In this document: positions 63,517 to 64,000 of the stretch, piece after piece
How positions within the stretch are numbered: the first letter of the stretch is position 1
How the letters are laid out: the number at the start of each line of letters is the position of its first letter
IMG/VR virus record: IMGVR_UViG_3300019886_000067
Location: 1 to 64,000 of that record
Length of the DNA stretch: 64,000 nt
Origin: a virus
Reading direction: 5' to 3' (one strand)
Notes under the pieces: generated by a model
Databases searched by the model: none
The model's input: only the letters and a program-made list of their open reading frames with translations
What the model was told of the DNA's origin: nothing
Program-made: the position numbers and the translations under genes

Positions 63517-63726
63517 TCATTTCTTCAGGACGTTCAGGTAGAAGCGAGCACGGGCGGCGTTCTTGCCTTTGCCTTTAGCGATGGCACGGACTTTGGCTTG
63601 ATTGACCTTGCCGTTCTTGTTGACGCCGGCCGCTTTGCGAAGCGCACCATTCGATTTGACCTTGAGTGGCTTGCGCTTCTTGGCTGCCGAGCGCTTCCGG
63701 GTCGTTTTCCTCCGGGCCTTAGCCAT
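63517..63726 (-). CDS. 69-aa Lys/Arg-rich protein
   Basis: GALRKAAGV..KV.AIAKG..AARARF pattern; TGATG-coupled. Confidence 0.75.
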   Translation of the reverse strand: MAKARRKTTRKRSAAKKRKPLKVKSNGALRKAAGVNKNGKVNQAKVRAIAKGKGKNAARARFYLNVLKK

Positions 63727-63839
63727 CAGGACACTAGTCCGATCACAAGGCCAATCACGAATCCCACAAAGCCACTCAGGCCGATCAGTTCAAGGTCGTA
63801 GCGTCTCCGTGCTCGTTGGATTGCGGGTATCTGAATCAT
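63726..63839 (-). CDS. 37-aa membrane peptide
   Basis: Translated by hand; ATGA and TGATG overlaps. Confidence 0.6.
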   Translation of the reverse strand: MIQIPAIQRARRRYDLELIGLSGFVGFVIGLVIGLVS

Positions 63840-64000
63840 CCGTTCATCCCGTAACGCGCTTGTTCTGCTCCGCCGAGGTCTGGGCGATTGGCTCCCTGCG
63901 CCGGCCGTTTCTGCTCTTGGGACTTGAGGCCGTCTAGGACTTTGCGGCTGATAGGACGACTTGCCCCGCTGGCCTTTACCTTCTTAGAGACCGGACGGTT

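Noticed and set aside
63517-63726. RnpA protein subunit of RNase P
   Set aside because: Basic and nearby, but too short and lacking the AVxRNRxKR motif

Overview
This window is a 64-kb segment of a tailed dsDNA phage with a siphovirus-type tail. The host is probably actinobacterial, which I infer from pervasive leaderless TAnnnT-N5-8-start promoters, CCA-less tRNAs and the gene families present. Positions 1-23.7 kb (+ strand) hold early and replication genes: SNF2 helicase, AEP primase, AAA_25 helicase, DEDDh exonuclease, dNMP kinase, PolA, MazG, RuvC-like resolvase, Pth2 and the terminases. Positions 23.8-50.9 kb (- strand) hold lysis, tail, HK97-type head and portal-MuF genes, with a class II RNR inserted among them. 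Positions 52-63.3 kb are a translation/RNA island. It has three tRNA arrays (37 tRNAs covering all 20 amino acids plus one degenerate copy, none encoding CCA), a CCA-adding/HD enzyme, a metallophosphoesterase, an ART/Tpt1-like protein and a stand-alone GGQ factor. The most striking element is a small ncRNA operon at 62.7-63.3 kb (-). It encodes an 80-nt tmRNA reduced to its tRNA-like domain, a second tRNA mimic, and a full RNase P RNA whose core helices I could pair by hand. One array also contains a circularly permuted, anticodon-less tRNA. Together these look like a phage-encoded tRNA maturation, repair and ribosome-rescue system. All calls are by eye from sequence and motifs; no database searches were run.
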